Source: an uncultured Candidatus Saccharibacteria bacterium
GTDB taxonomy: Bacteria > Patescibacteriota > Minisyncoccia > Phycocordibacterales > Zambryskibacteraceae
DNA: 64,000 nt
Direction: 5' to 3'
NCBI GenBank assembly: GCA_964642835.1
Contig: CAZXQA010000001.1
Span: 68,219-132,218, forward strand
Below are positions 47,525-56,925 of the stretch, in pieces (the stretch's first letter is position 1; each line of letters starts with the position of its first letter). Position numbers and translations under genes: made by a program. The notes under the pieces were generated by a model. The model was not told where the DNA came from. It searched no databases and worked only from the letters and a program-made list of their open reading frames with translations.

Positions 47525-49002
47525 TACTTGGTGACTTTAATAACCGCTTCGAGGATGTCGCTGGGGACGATCTCGAGCTTCGACTCAATGAGAGCGCCGA
47601 ACTCACTTCCTTCCAGCACTTCTTCAGCGGCGATCTTTGACTGTTGGAGCTCCTTTACTCGTCCGCGACCAATCTCTGCCTCACGGCGCATAATTTTGAC
47701 CATGGCGTTCAAGGTAACCTTGCCGGTGACGACGCGAGCACCGAGGACTTGTTTGCCGGAAGACTGGCTGAAGAGTTTCAAAACCTTGGCGGACCCGCAA
47801 ACTTCTTCCACCTCGATTCTTGGTTCGCGTTCGGCGAGGAGAGCGCTTACCTTGTCGGTCAGTTCATAAATAATCGTGAAGGGGAGAATAGTGACGCCCG
47901 TGCGCTCGGCGAGAGCGGCCGCCGCGGCGTCGATCTTCGCGTGGAAGCCAAAGATCACCGTGCCAGGAGTGGTGAGAGCGGCCTTCACGTCGTTTTCATT
48001 AATAGCTCCCACACTCATTGCCACTACTTTCGGCGTGATGCGTTCGCGAGAGAGTTTGGCGATCTCACTCTCAACAGCCTCGAGGCTTCCCGCAGTGTCG
48101 GCCTTGATGATGAGAGGAAGAATAGAGTCGGTAGTTGAGACTCTTGGACCGGCTGGTTTTTTGGCGGCTTCGGCTTGGTCGTCCACGTACGCGAGAGCTT
48201 CATCCTTTTTCAAAAATGTTTTGAACATGGCACCAATCGGAGGCAATTTGTCCCAACCGACGATTTGAACCGGGCTCGAGAAGGAGAGTTCCTCGAGCTG
48301 CTTGCCTTCTGCGTCCAGGAGAAAGCGGAGAGGCGTCATCGCGGTGCCCGAGGCGGCGAAGGTGCCCTTGCGAACGGTGCCGTCTTTAATAATGGCCACC
48401 GCTGTAATGCCGCGCTTTGGATCAAGGCGGCTCTCAATGATGACGCCTGTGCCGAGAGTATCGGTATCACCAGTAAGTTCCAAAATGTCTGCTTGAAGCG
48501 CGATCATTTCCAACAGATCGTTCACTCCCTGGCCAGTTTTGGCGGAAAGGGGGACGCAGGAAACGTCGCCGCCGTAACCCTCGACGTAGATGCCGCTCTC
48601 GGCAAGATTCTGCTTCACGCGTTCAATGTCCGCGGTCGGCTTGTCCATCTTGGTGACAGCCACAATGAAGGGGAGCTTGGCTTCGGAGATGTATTTATAG
48701 ACCTCTACCGTCTGCGGCTTCACGCCGTCTTCGCCAGAGACAATAAGGACGGCGATGTCAGCGGCCGAGGCGCCGCGAGTGCGCACGTTCTGGAAGGCTT
48801 CATGTCCTGGCGTGTCGAGGAAGGTGATGCGCATGTCGCGGCCATCTTCACGAGTGTGAGTCACTTCGTAGGCGCTAATGTGTTGGGTGATACCGCCGGC
48901 TTCCGTCGCGACGACGTTACTTTTCCTGATGTAATCAAGAAGCGTCGACTTGCCGTGGTCGATGTGTCCAAGAATACCTACAACTGGAGGGCGGATTGAC
49001 AT
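47524..49002 (-). CDS. infB: translation initiation factor IF-2 (no N-terminal domain)
   Basis: RPPVVGILGHIDHGKSTLLD, EAGGITQHI, DTPGHEAF; start MSIRPP at 49002. Confidence 0.97.
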   Translation of the reverse strand: MSIRPPVVGILGHIDHGKSTLLDYIRKSNVVATEAGGITQHISAYEVTHTREDGRDMRITFLDTPGHEAFQNVRTRGASAADIAVLIVSGEDGVKPQTVEVYKYISEAKLPFIVAVTKMDKPTADIERVKQNLAESGIYVEGYGGDVSCVPLSAKTGQGVNDLLEMIALQADILELTGDTDTLGTGVIIESRLDPKRGITAVAIIKDGTVRKGTFAASGTAMTPLRFLLDAEGKQLEELSFSSPVQIVGWDKLPPIGAMFKTFLKKDEALAYVDDQAEAAKKPAGPRVSTTDSILPLIIKADTAGSLEAVESEIAKLSRERITPKVVAMSVGAINENDVKAALTTPGTVIFGFHAKIDAAAAALAERTGVTILPFTIIYELTDKVSALLAEREPRIEVEEVCGSAKVLKLFSQSSGKQVLGARVVTGKVTLNAMVKIMRREAEIGRGRVKELQQSKIAAEEVLEGSEFGALIESKLEIVPSDILEAVIKVTK

Positions 49003-49041
49003 ACGTGTTGCTACCTTATCATATTTGGCTAAGATATGCAT

Positions 49042-50052
49042 ATGGATTTCCTCCGAAAATATTTTTCCCCGAAGCGGATCTATCTCGACTATGCCGCGGC
49101 GACGCCGGTGTTGCCGGAAGTGCTCGCCGAGATGCGGAAGTACGAGAGGGAAGCATTTTATAATCCGAACGCGATTTATGAAGAAGGACTTGCCGTGAAG
49201 CGCGCCGTCGACGAGTATCGCACGAGAATCGCGCGCATCCTTGGTGTCGCCAAAGAAAACATTATCTTCACGAGCGGCGGGACGGAGGCGAACACGATCG
49301 CGGTTCGAGGGGCGACGGCTGGCGGTGGTCGCGTGGCATTAGGTGAGGGGACGCACCCCTCGGTTCATGACGCAATCCGTCCGAGTGATAAGGAAGAGAT
49401 CGTCCTAGTTTCAAGTGTAGTCGCCGACAACAAGCTAGGGAGAAAAATTCGTGAAGAGCGTAAAAAGAACCTGCCTGCCGGCAGGCAGGGTAATTCTATA
49501 TATCCACTTCTCCACGTCGATGCTTCGCAGACGGCGCAGTACGTCGCTGTTGGATTAGAAACCCTCGCGTGTGACCTCCTCACTCTTGATGCGGCAAAAA
49601 TATATGGACCGAAAGGCATCGGCGCTCTGGTCGTGCGAAGCGGGGTCAATCTCGACATCCCGCCGCGTGGCACGCCGCCCGTCGCTCTCATTGCTGGCCT
49701 TGCCAAAGCGTTCGAAATAGTTTCTCGTGATCGGGAGAAAGAGCGCGCTCGGGTCGAGGCTCTCGCGCAAGAATTCGCTCGCGAGGTGACTCGTCTCCTG
49801 CCCCAGGCCATTGTTTCCCACTTGGGAGTAAATATTGTCACTGTTTCCGTGCCAGGTATCTTGCCTGAGCTTCTTGTGCTCGCTCTTGAGCGCGGAGGGG
49901 TCCTCGCTTCAGCAGGGCCAGCGTGCGAGGCTCAGAAGCCGGAACCCGCGGAGACCCCGGTCCGCTTTTCCCTAGGACGAACGACAACGCGAAAAGAGCT
50001 CTGCAAGGCCGCGGAAGTCCTTTGTGATGTGGTCCAAAATATGATAAAATAG
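49042..50052 (+). CDS. cysteine desulfurase-like PLP enzyme (IscS/NifS family, shortened)
   Basis: [40 protein letters not shown]; contains the in-frame palindrome insert LPAGRQG. Confidence 0.82.
   Translation: MDFLRKYFSPKRIYLDYAAATPVLPEVLAEMRKYEREAFYNPNAIYEEGLAVKRAVDEYRTRIARILGVAKENIIFTSGGTEANTIAVRGATAGGGRVALGEGTHPSVHDAIRPSDKEEIVLVSSVVADNKLGRKIREERKKNLPAGRQGNSIYPLLHVDASQTAQYVAVGLETLACDLLTLDAAKIYGPKGIGALVVRSGVNLDIPPRGTPPVALIAGLAKAFEIVSRDREKERARVEALAQEFAREVTRLLPQAIVSHLGVNIVTVSVPGILPELLVLALERGGVLASAGPACEAQKPEPAETPVRFSLGRTTTRKELCKAAEVLCDVVQNMIK
49470..49489. repeat. 20-bp palindrome CCTGCCTGCCGGCAGGCAGG, copy 1 (in frame in the iscS-like gene)
   Basis: Identical to 60779-60798 and 63262-63281. 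Confidence 0.95.
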
Positions 50053-50056
50053 GCTG

Positions 50057-52729
50057 ATGCAGCCGTTTAATCACTTCACCACCAAGGCTAAGGAGGTTAT
50101 CCGCAAAGCTCACGAACTCGCGATCGAACGCGGGCAGAACCATGTGAACCCCGTCCACCTCCTCGCCGCCCTCATCCTCCAAGAGGAGTCGATGGTTCTT
50201 TCCGTGCTTGAGAAGATGGAAGTGGACACTATTCTTCTCACGGATTCCGTCCTCGACCTTATCGAAACTCCCGAGACGAGCCAGACCCTCTCGCCTTCGT
50301 ACCAGATTTACCTCACCCCCGAGCTCGCTCATACGATTGAGAGCTCGAGCAAGGTCGCGCAGTCGATGGGAGACGAATTTGTATCGACCGAGCATCTCTT
50401 CCTCGCCGTCATCGACACGCCGGGAGACGCTCAGGACCTTTTGAAGAAGTTCCGTATCGGCCGCGATCGCGTCGTTCAGGTTATTGAGGAGTTGAAGAAG
50501 GCGACAACAGAAGCTCCGAAGGAGCCAAAGAAGTATAAGTCGCTTCTCAAATACACGCGCTCTCTTACGACCCTGGCCAAAAATAATAAACTCGATCCCG
50601 TCATCGGCCGCGACGAGGAGATCTCGCGCATCATTCAGATTCTCTCGCGCCGCACGAAGAACAACCCAATACTCATCGGTGAAGCTGGTGTGGGGAAGAC
50701 CGCCATCGCCGAAGGGTTAGCTATCCGCATCGCTTCAGGCAACGTGCCGGAATCTTTGCGCGACAAGGATCTGGTCTCTCTTGACCTCGGGCTTCTTATC
50801 GCAGGGACGAAGTATCGCGGCGAGTTCGAAGAGCGTTTGAAGAGCATCATTAAGGAGATCGAGAAGTCGGAAGGCAAGATCATTCTCTTTATCGACGAGA
50901 TCCACACTATCGTCGGAGCTGGTGCGGCCGAAGGCTCCATGGATGCCTCGAACATGTTGAAGCCGCCGCTCGCTCGGGGCGAAGTGCGCGCCATTGGTGC
51001 CACGACGCTCCGCGAATATCAGAAGCATATTGAGAAGGATCCGGCGCTCACTCGCCGCTTCCAGCCTGTCTACGTGCAGGAGCCTTCGGTCGAAGACGCT
51101 ATGACGATCATGCGTGGTTTGAAGGAGCGTTACGAGCTCTACCACGGCGTGCATATTACCGACGAGGCTATCCAGGCCGCCGTCTCACTCTCGGCCCGCT
51201 ATATTACGGACCGCTTCCTCCCGGACAAAGCCGTGGATCTCATCGACGAAGCGGCTTCCTATTTGAAAATTTCTTTGGAAAACATGCCGCCTGTGTTGCA
51301 AGAGGCGCAGTCGAAGATCATGAAGCTTGAGATTGAGAAGGAGGCTCTCCGCAAGGAAGAGAAGTCGCCGAAGGTGAAGACGCGCTTGAAGGAGATCGAC
51401 CAAGCCGTCGCCGATTTGCGCGAACGCACTGCCGAAATCGAACTCAAATGGAAGAATGAGAAAGAAACAGTTTCCGAAATCAAGGCGTTGAAGAAGTCTC
51501 TCGAAACCTTGCGCCTCGAAGCGGAGGCGGCGGAAGCGCGCGCGGACCTTTCTCGCGCGGCCGAACTTCGCTACGGTCGCATCCCAGCAGTAGAGCGTGA
51601 CTTGGAGACCAAGGCCAAGAAGTTAAAGAAGCTTCAGAGTTCGCGCCGCATCCTTAAGGAAGAAATCACGGGCCAGGATATTGCTGGCATCGTCTCGAAG
51701 TGGACGGGTATTCCGGTCACGCGCATGCTCGAAGAAGAAGCCGAGAAGCTCTCTCGCATGGAGGAGCATCTTATGGAGCGCATTGTTGGCCAGAATGAGG
51801 CAGTGAAAAAGATTGCCGAGACGGTCAAGCGCAGCCGCGCGGGTATTGGCGACCCCAACCGTCCGATTGGTTCCTTCATTTTCCTCGGTCCTACCGGTGT
51901 TGGTAAGACTGAGCTCACGAAGGCTCTGGCTGAGTTCATGTTCGACGACGAGAAGGCGCTTATCCGCGTCGATATGTCGGAGCTCATGGAGAAGCATGCC
52001 ATTTCCAAACTCATTGGCGCGCCTCCGGGCTATGTCGGATTCGAAGAGGGTTCGAGCTTCGCCGAATCCGTGCGCCATCGTCCGTACTCGGTGGTGCTCT
52101 TTGACGAGATCGAGAAGGCGCACCCCGAGGTCTTTAACGTCCTCCTCCAGATTCTCGACAACGGTCGCCTGACTGACGCGAAGGGTCGCACCATCAATTT
52201 CAAAAACACGGTCATCATCATGACGAGTAACATTGGCGCGAACTATATCGACAAGATGCAGTCGATCGGCTTCAGTAAGGGCGAGCAGGATGCGTATGGC
52301 CAGGTGAAGGAGAAGGTCCTCGAGGCTCTCAAGGATCACTTCCGCCCTGAGTTCCTGAACCGTCTCGATGACGTTATCGTCTTCGACGTCCTTTCGCGCG
52401 AAGCAATCAAGGAGATTGTCGGTATCCAGGTCGAAGTGGTGAAGAAGCGCCTCGCTGAGAAGGAGATCGAACTCAATGTTTCTGAGGCAGTCCTCGAGCT
52501 CCTCGCCAAGGAAGGTTACAACCCGCAGTATGGTGCCCGCCCGCTCAAGCGTCTCATTCAGGAGAAGATCCTGAACCCAGTCGCCAATATGATGATTACG
52601 AACAAGGTACTCTCCGGGGGCTCAATCTCTGTCGACCTTAAGGACGGTCAGTTTGTACTCAATGCCGCGAAGGGGAAGAAGGCTCCACGTGTGACAAGCA
52701 TGTCAAAGAAGGAAGCGTTGGTGAAGTAA
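50057..52729 (+). CDS. clpB: Hsp100 chaperone ClpB
   Basis: N-domain repeats, GEAGVGKT, long middle domain ([10 protein letters not shown]), [17 protein letters not shown]. Confidence 0.9.
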   Translation: MQPFNHFTTKAKEVIRKAHELAIERGQNHVNPVHLLAALILQEESMVLSVLEKMEVDTILLTDSVLDLIETPETSQTLSPSYQIYLTPELAHTIESSSKVAQSMGDEFVSTEHLFLAVIDTPGDAQDLLKKFRIGRDRVVQVIEELKKATTEAPKEPKKYKSLLKYTRSLTTLAKNNKLDPVIGRDEEISRIIQILSRRTKNNPILIGEAGVGKTAIAEGLAIRIASGNVPESLRDKDLVSLDLGLLIAGTKYRGEFEERLKSIIKEIEKSEGKIILFIDEIHTIVGAGAAEGSMDASNMLKPPLARGEVRAIGATTLREYQKHIEKDPALTRRFQPVYVQEPSVEDAMTIMRGLKERYELYHGVHITDEAIQAAVSLSARYITDRFLPDKAVDLIDEAASYLKISLENMPPVLQEAQSKIMKLEIEKEALRKEEKSPKVKTRLKEIDQAVADLRERTAEIELKWKNEKETVSEIKALKKSLETLRLEAEAAEARADLSRAAELRYGRIPAVERDLETKAKKLKKLQSSRRILKEEITGQDIAGIVSKWTGIPVTRMLEEEAEKLSRMEEHLMERIVGQNEAVKKIAETVKRSRAGIGDPNRPIGSFIFLGPTGVGKTELTKALAEFMFDDEKALIRVDMSELMEKHAISKLIGAPPGYVGFEEGSSFAESVRHRPYSVVLFDEIEKAHPEVFNVLLQILDNGRLTDAKGRTINFKNTVIIMTSNIGANYIDKMQSIGFSKGEQDAYGQVKEKVLEALKDHFRPEFLNRLDDVIVFDVLSREAIKEIVGIQVEVVKKRLAEKEIELNVSEAVLELLAKEGYNPQYGARPLKRLIQEKILNPVANMMITNKVLSGGSISVDLKDGQFVLNAAKGKKAPRVTSMSKKEALVK

Positions 52730-52737
52730 TTCTAAAT

Positions 52738-52771
52738 AAAAAAAGATCGCCAGGCTGGGGAGCCGGCGATC
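52738..52771 (-). terminator. intrinsic terminator for a minus-strand transcript
   Basis: GATCGCC...GGCGATC stem followed by a T7 tract on the minus strand. Confidence 0.7.
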
Positions 52772-52774
52772 GGG

Positions 52775-52950
52775 TTGGTACGGGGTGGGTGCCTAGCTTC
52801 AAGAGAAGCTGAAGATTTTTAATCGACTACGCTGGGAACGATGTTCCCGGCTTCCAGGTTTAACGCCGGAAGAAGGAATGATCCCCAGGTATTCCCTAGG
52901 TTCCCCAACTAGCTCAAGATTCTAAGCTGAATCTCCATCACCCCGTACCG
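52775..52950 (-). ncRNA. candidate ~175-nt structured RNA (6S-like dimensions)
   Basis: Closing stem GGTACGGGGTG/CACCCCGTACC; promoter TTGCAT-N16-TAGAGT just upstream; terminator just downstream; no credible ORF. Confidence 0.5.
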
Positions 52951-53034
52951 CTACTCACTCTACTCCTCAGGTTATTTTATGCAAGGAAGGGTGGAAAAGG
53001 GCCGGGAAAGCTGATACATTATTGAAGTTCCAGC

Positions 53035-53118
53035 GCGTCGGTGGCGGAGTGGTCAATCGCACTAGACTGTAAATCTGGCGGCCTATGGCCTACGAAGGTT
53101 CGAATCCTTCCCGGCGCA
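53035..53118 (+). tRNA. tRNA-Tyr(GTA)
   Basis: GCGTCGG/CCGGCGC, CT-GTA-AA, long variable arm, GGTTCGAATCC. Confidence 0.95.
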
Positions 53119-53209
53119 CACATACATAAAAACAGGTCTCCGGGCCTGTTTTTATGTATGCAGGTTGCATGCCGGGAAGGATTCGAAAGGCGCAGTTCGC
53201 GCAGGCGAA

Positions 53210-53364
53210 CGAGCCGGGGTCGCGCGAAAATTCAGCAGAATTTTATGCGTGACCGAAAGTGTACTCACGCCCCTGCCCGGCGCACAATGTTTGAAAATCA
53301 CTATTTTTAGAAGCCTTTGCGAGTATATCGTAAGGGCTTTTAAACTTAATTTGAGCCACATTTC
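53210..53364 (+). repeat. 155-bp direct repeat, copy 1
   Basis: Identical to 56234-56388; contains hairpin GGTCGCGC..GCGTGACC, the CCCGGCGCACA core and the recombinase 3' end. Confidence 0.95.
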
Positions 53365-53930
53365 GTTCTTTGATGGAAAGGTTCCAAAGTAGATTTTCCA
53401 GGATTTCTTTCTTTCCGTTCTCGTCTTTCTCTAAAAACTCTTTTCTGGCTCTACTGCCTCGTAAAAATACTTCTTTAGTCGATTCCAAAGTAGCAGACGG
53501 CTCACGCTGTTTTAGCTCCTGAATCTGCTTGTTAAGGGAAACTCTCTGGTTCTGGATTTCTAGAACCTTCTGGTCATAGAGTTCTTTGGTAATCTGGCTA
53601 TCAAGGAAAGTATCAAGAAGCCTCTGCTCTCTCGTCTTAAGACCTCCCAGGGCGGTTTCCAGTTCTTTTATGGCCTTATCAAAGTAGCCGTTATCAGCCT
53701 GAAGCCTTTCCTTGGCGGCTTGGTACATAAGCTCGATCTTTCTCTCGGTAAAGTCTAGGTTTAGGAATAAATCGGCTACTTTAGGATAAAGGTAAGTTTC
53801 TCGAAGATAAGTCTTGTGTTCTTCACACTTCTGTTTGCCGTTAGTGCAGTAGTAATAATGGTGGCCTTTTTTAAGTGAAGCTGTTAATGAGCAACCGCAA
53901 GTCTCACATTTAAGGAACCCTCTTAATGAA
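53243..53930 (-). pseudogene. large serine recombinase, C-terminal fragment (Zn ribbon + coiled coil)
   Basis: Frame extends upstream of the track ORF: LRGFLKCETCGCSLTASLKKGHHYYYCTNGKQKC; an in-frame TAA near 53960, no catalytic N-domain. Confidence 0.85.
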
Positions 53931-54132
53931 AGAGATATTAGGAAGCGCTTTAATACCGCTTATTTCTGTGAATGTAGGAGCTGACTTTAAAGACGAAATC
54001 GAACTCATTAAAAATGGCTTAGTTAGGGCTTAATTTCATAGCCCGACTAATCTATTGACTTTTAGCATATAGTATGCTATTATTGTATTGTTAACCTAGT
54101 TTCTCAGCTCTTTCACTACATGGAGGTCAGCG

Positions 54133-54594
54133 ATGACTTACGCACAGACGGATCGCAAGGCACCGGCCATCATGGCCGCCCTCGCAGTCGCACAGGTGTT
54201 TCGCAAGCAGGGGGAAGTCAAGGCGCGTCCGGCAACGGACGGCGAACAGATCGAGACGATTCTCGGAAGCGGCGTCAAGGAGACGACGAACTCCGCGAAG
54301 CTCGGCGACTGGATCATGACGAACCCGTCCGGCGAGCAGCACATCATCTCGGAGCAGAAGTTCTTCAGCCGCTACGAAGCGACGGAGGCCGAAGGCGTCT
54401 ATCGCGCCAAGGGCTTCTGCCGGGCGATCAAGAACCCGTTCAGCGAGCCGATCGAGATCATGGCGTCCTGGGGATCGCCGCAGACGGGCGACGAGAACTG
54501 CATGATCGCCGACACCTGCGACGAGAACGGTGAGAACATGGGCGGCGAGCCCTACCTCATCGACGGCGCCGCGTTCGCCGAGACCTACAAGTAG
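54133..54594 (+). CDS. tandem PGDYG-like domain protein
   Basis: Two similar halves (FRK...AKLGDWIMTNPSGEQHII....F...YE; YRAK...GEPYLID...F..TYK); own promoter, SD, terminator; GC-rich. Confidence 0.7.
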   Translation: MTYAQTDRKAPAIMAALAVAQVFRKQGEVKARPATDGEQIETILGSGVKETTNSAKLGDWIMTNPSGEQHIISEQKFFSRYEATEAEGVYRAKGFCRAIKNPFSEPIEIMASWGSPQTGDENCMIADTCDENGENMGGEPYLIDGAAFAETYK

Positions 54595-54660
54595 ACAGTA
54601 CAACCGCTTACTGAGAAGACTGCCCACCGGGCAACACTTCTCGGTGGGCGGTTTTCTTTT

Positions 54661-55134
54661 TTAATTCTCCCTTCGTGTTTTCTTAGCCTCGTTTTCTAGT
54701 CGAGAAATCCATTTTGTGTTTTCGGTTGAAACGAGTGCTTCCACTACACCCACAAGGATTCTTTTAGCCTCTTCATCATTTTTCCCTTCATACTGGCCAG
54801 TTCGGCCAAGGTAAGTATATTTTTCATGTCTCAATGCTTCGCAAGTAGCTCTGTATGCAATCCAATTTTGAGACCATTGATTTACATGTTGAAGCCCTTC
54901 GATAACAACTACAACAACACCTAAAAAACCAGTTATCTTGGGGAAGCTAGTTGCAATAAAGGGAATTAAAGCGGCACAAGTTATTTCTGCCAGCTTAGAT
55001 CGTTTATACCACCATTGTGCACTACCAGATTTTTTGTCGTACCAAGCTATCTGTTGCTCAAGCCTTGGGTATTTCGAATCTGGCTCTTGGTCAACATTTC
55101 CAGGGGTGATGGTTTTGCTGAAAATGTTTAACAT
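54661..55134 (-). CDS. SLATT-type 2-TM protein (DUF4231-like)
   Basis: RLEQQIAWYDKKS...Y, two TMs, WIAYRATCEALRHEKY.Y. Confidence 0.85.
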   Translation of the reverse strand: MLNIFSKTITPGNVDQEPDSKYPRLEQQIAWYDKKSGSAQWWYKRSKLAEITCAALIPFIATSFPKITGFLGVVVVVIEGLQHVNQWSQNWIAYRATCEALRHEKYTYLGRTGQYEGKNDEEAKRILVGVVEALVSTENTKWISRLENEAKKTRREN

Positions 55135-55712
55135 CGGACTCTTACTTTACTTGCAATAGGGTGAGTCCTTTTCTCAAAAGCTCGCTCGATATAAGCATTG
55201 GGATCGGCAACAAAGTCGTCCCATTTTACGAGAACGCCGTATCGTTCATCTTCTGTGTGATGGCATTTGTCCTCGTGAATAAAATAGTTTCGATGAAATT
55301 CCTTGATAGTAGTACTGTCATTAACATATACAACACTAATCGGAGTACCGCATCCTCCGCAGGAAGAGGGTGATCCAAAGACACGGTCATACATCTTAGG
55401 GAGCACAATTCCAAGAATGCCGCTTCGAGGATTATTCTCTCCGTCGTAAAGAGAAGCTTGAAGCTCTCGTTTGATAAATTTTTGCTCATCCCACCCAAGA
55501 TTCTCTGCGCTGTTCTCTCCGATAAGGTGAAGTGTTACGGTTGAATCCGAGAGGTATTCCTCACGGATCTTTCGCATGATGTAATCCTCGTCATCTGAAT
55601 CAATAGCTTCGTCCAGAGACTTATCAATCATGTCGAGGCCGGGCATAGCTTGAATTGCCAGTTTGTACGCTAGATCCTCAGTTTTAAAAGATATAAAGCC
55701 TTTTCTCGCCAT
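55128..55712 (-). CDS. TIR-domain protein (ThsB/MTH538-like)
   Basis: KGFISF, IREEYLSDSTVTLHLIG, FIKRELQASL (catalytic Glu position), GILGIVLP. Confidence 0.88.
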   Translation of the reverse strand: MARKGFISFKTEDLAYKLAIQAMPGLDMIDKSLDEAIDSDDEDYIMRKIREEYLSDSTVTLHLIGENSAENLGWDEQKFIKRELQASLYDGENNPRSGILGIVLPKMYDRVFGSPSSCGGCGTPISVVYVNDSTTIKEFHRNYFIHEDKCHHTEDERYGVLVKWDDFVADPNAYIERAFEKRTHPIASKVRVRC

Positions 55713-55783
55713 GATGTTGAGTGGTTATTATTAGGTGGCTCTAAAATACCACAAATAAGCCGCTAAGTCTGCAAGCCTAGACT

Positions 55784-55812
55784 GGTTCCAACCTCGTACC
55801 AGACGGCGCACA
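55784..55812 (+). repeat. 29-bp direct repeat, copy 1 (tRNA-Tyr 3'-like end)
   Basis: GGTTCCAACCTCGTACCAGACGGCGCACA; 27/29 identical to 56126-56154. Confidence 0.85.
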
Positions 55813-55863
55813 CTAGACTTTTTGTGTTTTCAATGTAAGGTGGTGTTCGGAAAGGAGAGAGTG

Positions 55864-56091
55864 ATGACTGAAACAACGCTTCTTGAAGAGTACGAATCCT
55901 ATGAAGGAACCTACCGCTTGGCGAGTCTTCCGAGCGGAGATCTTAAGGGGATCCTCTTCACTCTCATCAGCGACATGCGTTTAAGACCGGCGTTCGGTGG
56001 TCTCTGGGAGCAATTAAATCGAGCCAGCAAAGAAGACTGGCTTCAGAGGTGGCTGAAGGCCGTTTCTCATGCCCGCGAAGAGCCTGCGTAA
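55864..56091 (+). CDS. small hypothetical protein in a repeat-bounded cassette
   Basis: AAGGAG SD, terminator after the stop, flanked by the 29-bp repeats. Confidence 0.6.
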   Translation: MTETTLLEEYESYEGTYRLASLPSGDLKGILFTLISDMRLRPAFGGLWEQLNRASKEDWLQRWLKAVSHAREEPA

Positions 56092-56125
56092 TGCAAGCTC
56101 AACGCGGGCTCTTCTATTTTAATAC

Positions 56126-56154
56126 GGTTCCAACTTCGTACCAGACGGTGCACA
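56126..56154 (+). repeat. 29-bp direct repeat, copy 2
   Basis: GGTTCCAACTTCGTACCAGACGGTGCACA. Confidence 0.85.
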
Positions 56155-56233
56155 GTATAAAAAATAACTCGTCTTGCACGGGTTATTTTTTATACTGCCG
56201 GAAAGTAGGTGAGAAAGGCGGAGGCCGACGGGC

Positions 56234-56388
56234 CGAGCCGGGGTCGCGCGAAAATTCAGCAGAATTTTATGCGTGACCGAAAGTGTACTCACGCCCCTGC
56301 CCGGCGCACAATGTTTGAAAATCACTATTTTTAGAAGCCTTTGCGAGTATATCGTAAGGGCTTTTAAACTTAATTTGAGCCACATTTC
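56234..56388 (+). repeat. 155-bp direct repeat, copy 2
   Basis: Identical to 53210-53364 (offset 3024). Confidence 0.95.
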
Positions 56389-56542
56389 CATATTTGAGAG
56401 AAAGGTTCCAATAAAGGCTTAATATTACATATAATTCTACATATTGACTTTTGGGTACATTGTATGGTATGATAGATATAGGTAAGCATTTCGTTTACCT
56501 CCCTACTGCAGGGTATGCAGAGTTCTTTCAGAGAGGTGAAGT

Positions 56543-56773
56543 ATGACCGAAGAGAGAAAGGGGCAGATCGCTCTTCTTCTGCTCAAGGACAGGCTCCGCA
56601 ATGAAGGCGTCCGACTCAAGCCCGACATGAAGCGGGAGATCGGAAACCAGGCAACCAAGATCGGCGTGCCGATCGAGGAAGCCATGCAGTTCGTCGAAGG
56701 TCTGGTCCGCGAGATGGTGGAAGAAGTCTTCCCACCTCGCTCGTTCAGCTCCGTCAATCCCGATAACACCTAA
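56543..56773 (+). CDS. hypothetical 76-aa helical protein
   Basis: TTGACT-N18-TATGAT promoter, GAGGTG SD. Confidence 0.7.
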   Translation: MTEERKGQIALLLLKDRLRNEGVRLKPDMKREIGNQATKIGVPIEEAMQFVEGLVREMVEEVFPPRSFSSVNPDNT

Positions 56774-56781
56774 TCGGGAAA

Positions 56782-56875
56782 TAGAACACTAGGGTGAACC
56801 GCAAGGTTCCTAAAAGGGTAATTCCAACTCGTCGGAAGACTTAGTTGGAGGATAAGAACCTATCCCCGCGTTCTA
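56782..56875 (+). ncRNA. candidate multibranch RNA motif in a 3' UTR
   Basis: TAGAAC/GTTCTA closing stem; GAACC-GCAA-GGTTC and GTC-GGAA-GAC GNRA hairpins; TCCAACT/AGTTGGA. Confidence 0.45.
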
Positions 56876-56886
56876 CCGCAACACCC

Positions 56887-56925
56887 CCCCTCGCTTAGCT
56901 TCGGCTGAGCGAGGGGTTTCTTTTT
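56887..56925 (+). terminator. intrinsic terminator
   Basis: CCCCTCGCTTAGC-TTCG-GCTGAGCGAGGGG-TTTCTTTTT. Confidence 0.85.

Larger units (their letters stand above)
53119..56410. mobile_element. degraded integrated island / cassette array at tRNA-Tyr
   Basis: Recombinase remnants, 155-bp direct repeat, repeated CGGYGCACA tRNA-3' cores, AT-rich defence-like genes. Confidence 0.7.

Noticed and set aside
53243-53960. Functional integrase or intact prophage
   Set aside because: Only the Zn-ribbon/coiled-coil half remains behind an in-frame stop; no phage structural genes.
53152-56391. Paralogous ORFs MWLKLSLKALTIYSQR (53152-53361 and 56119-56391)
   Set aside because: Alternative-frame translations of the 155-bp repeat.
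53100-56400. CRISPR array suggested by the recurring repeats
   Set aside because: Only pairs of repeats, with irregular 300-3000 bp spacing and no cas genes.
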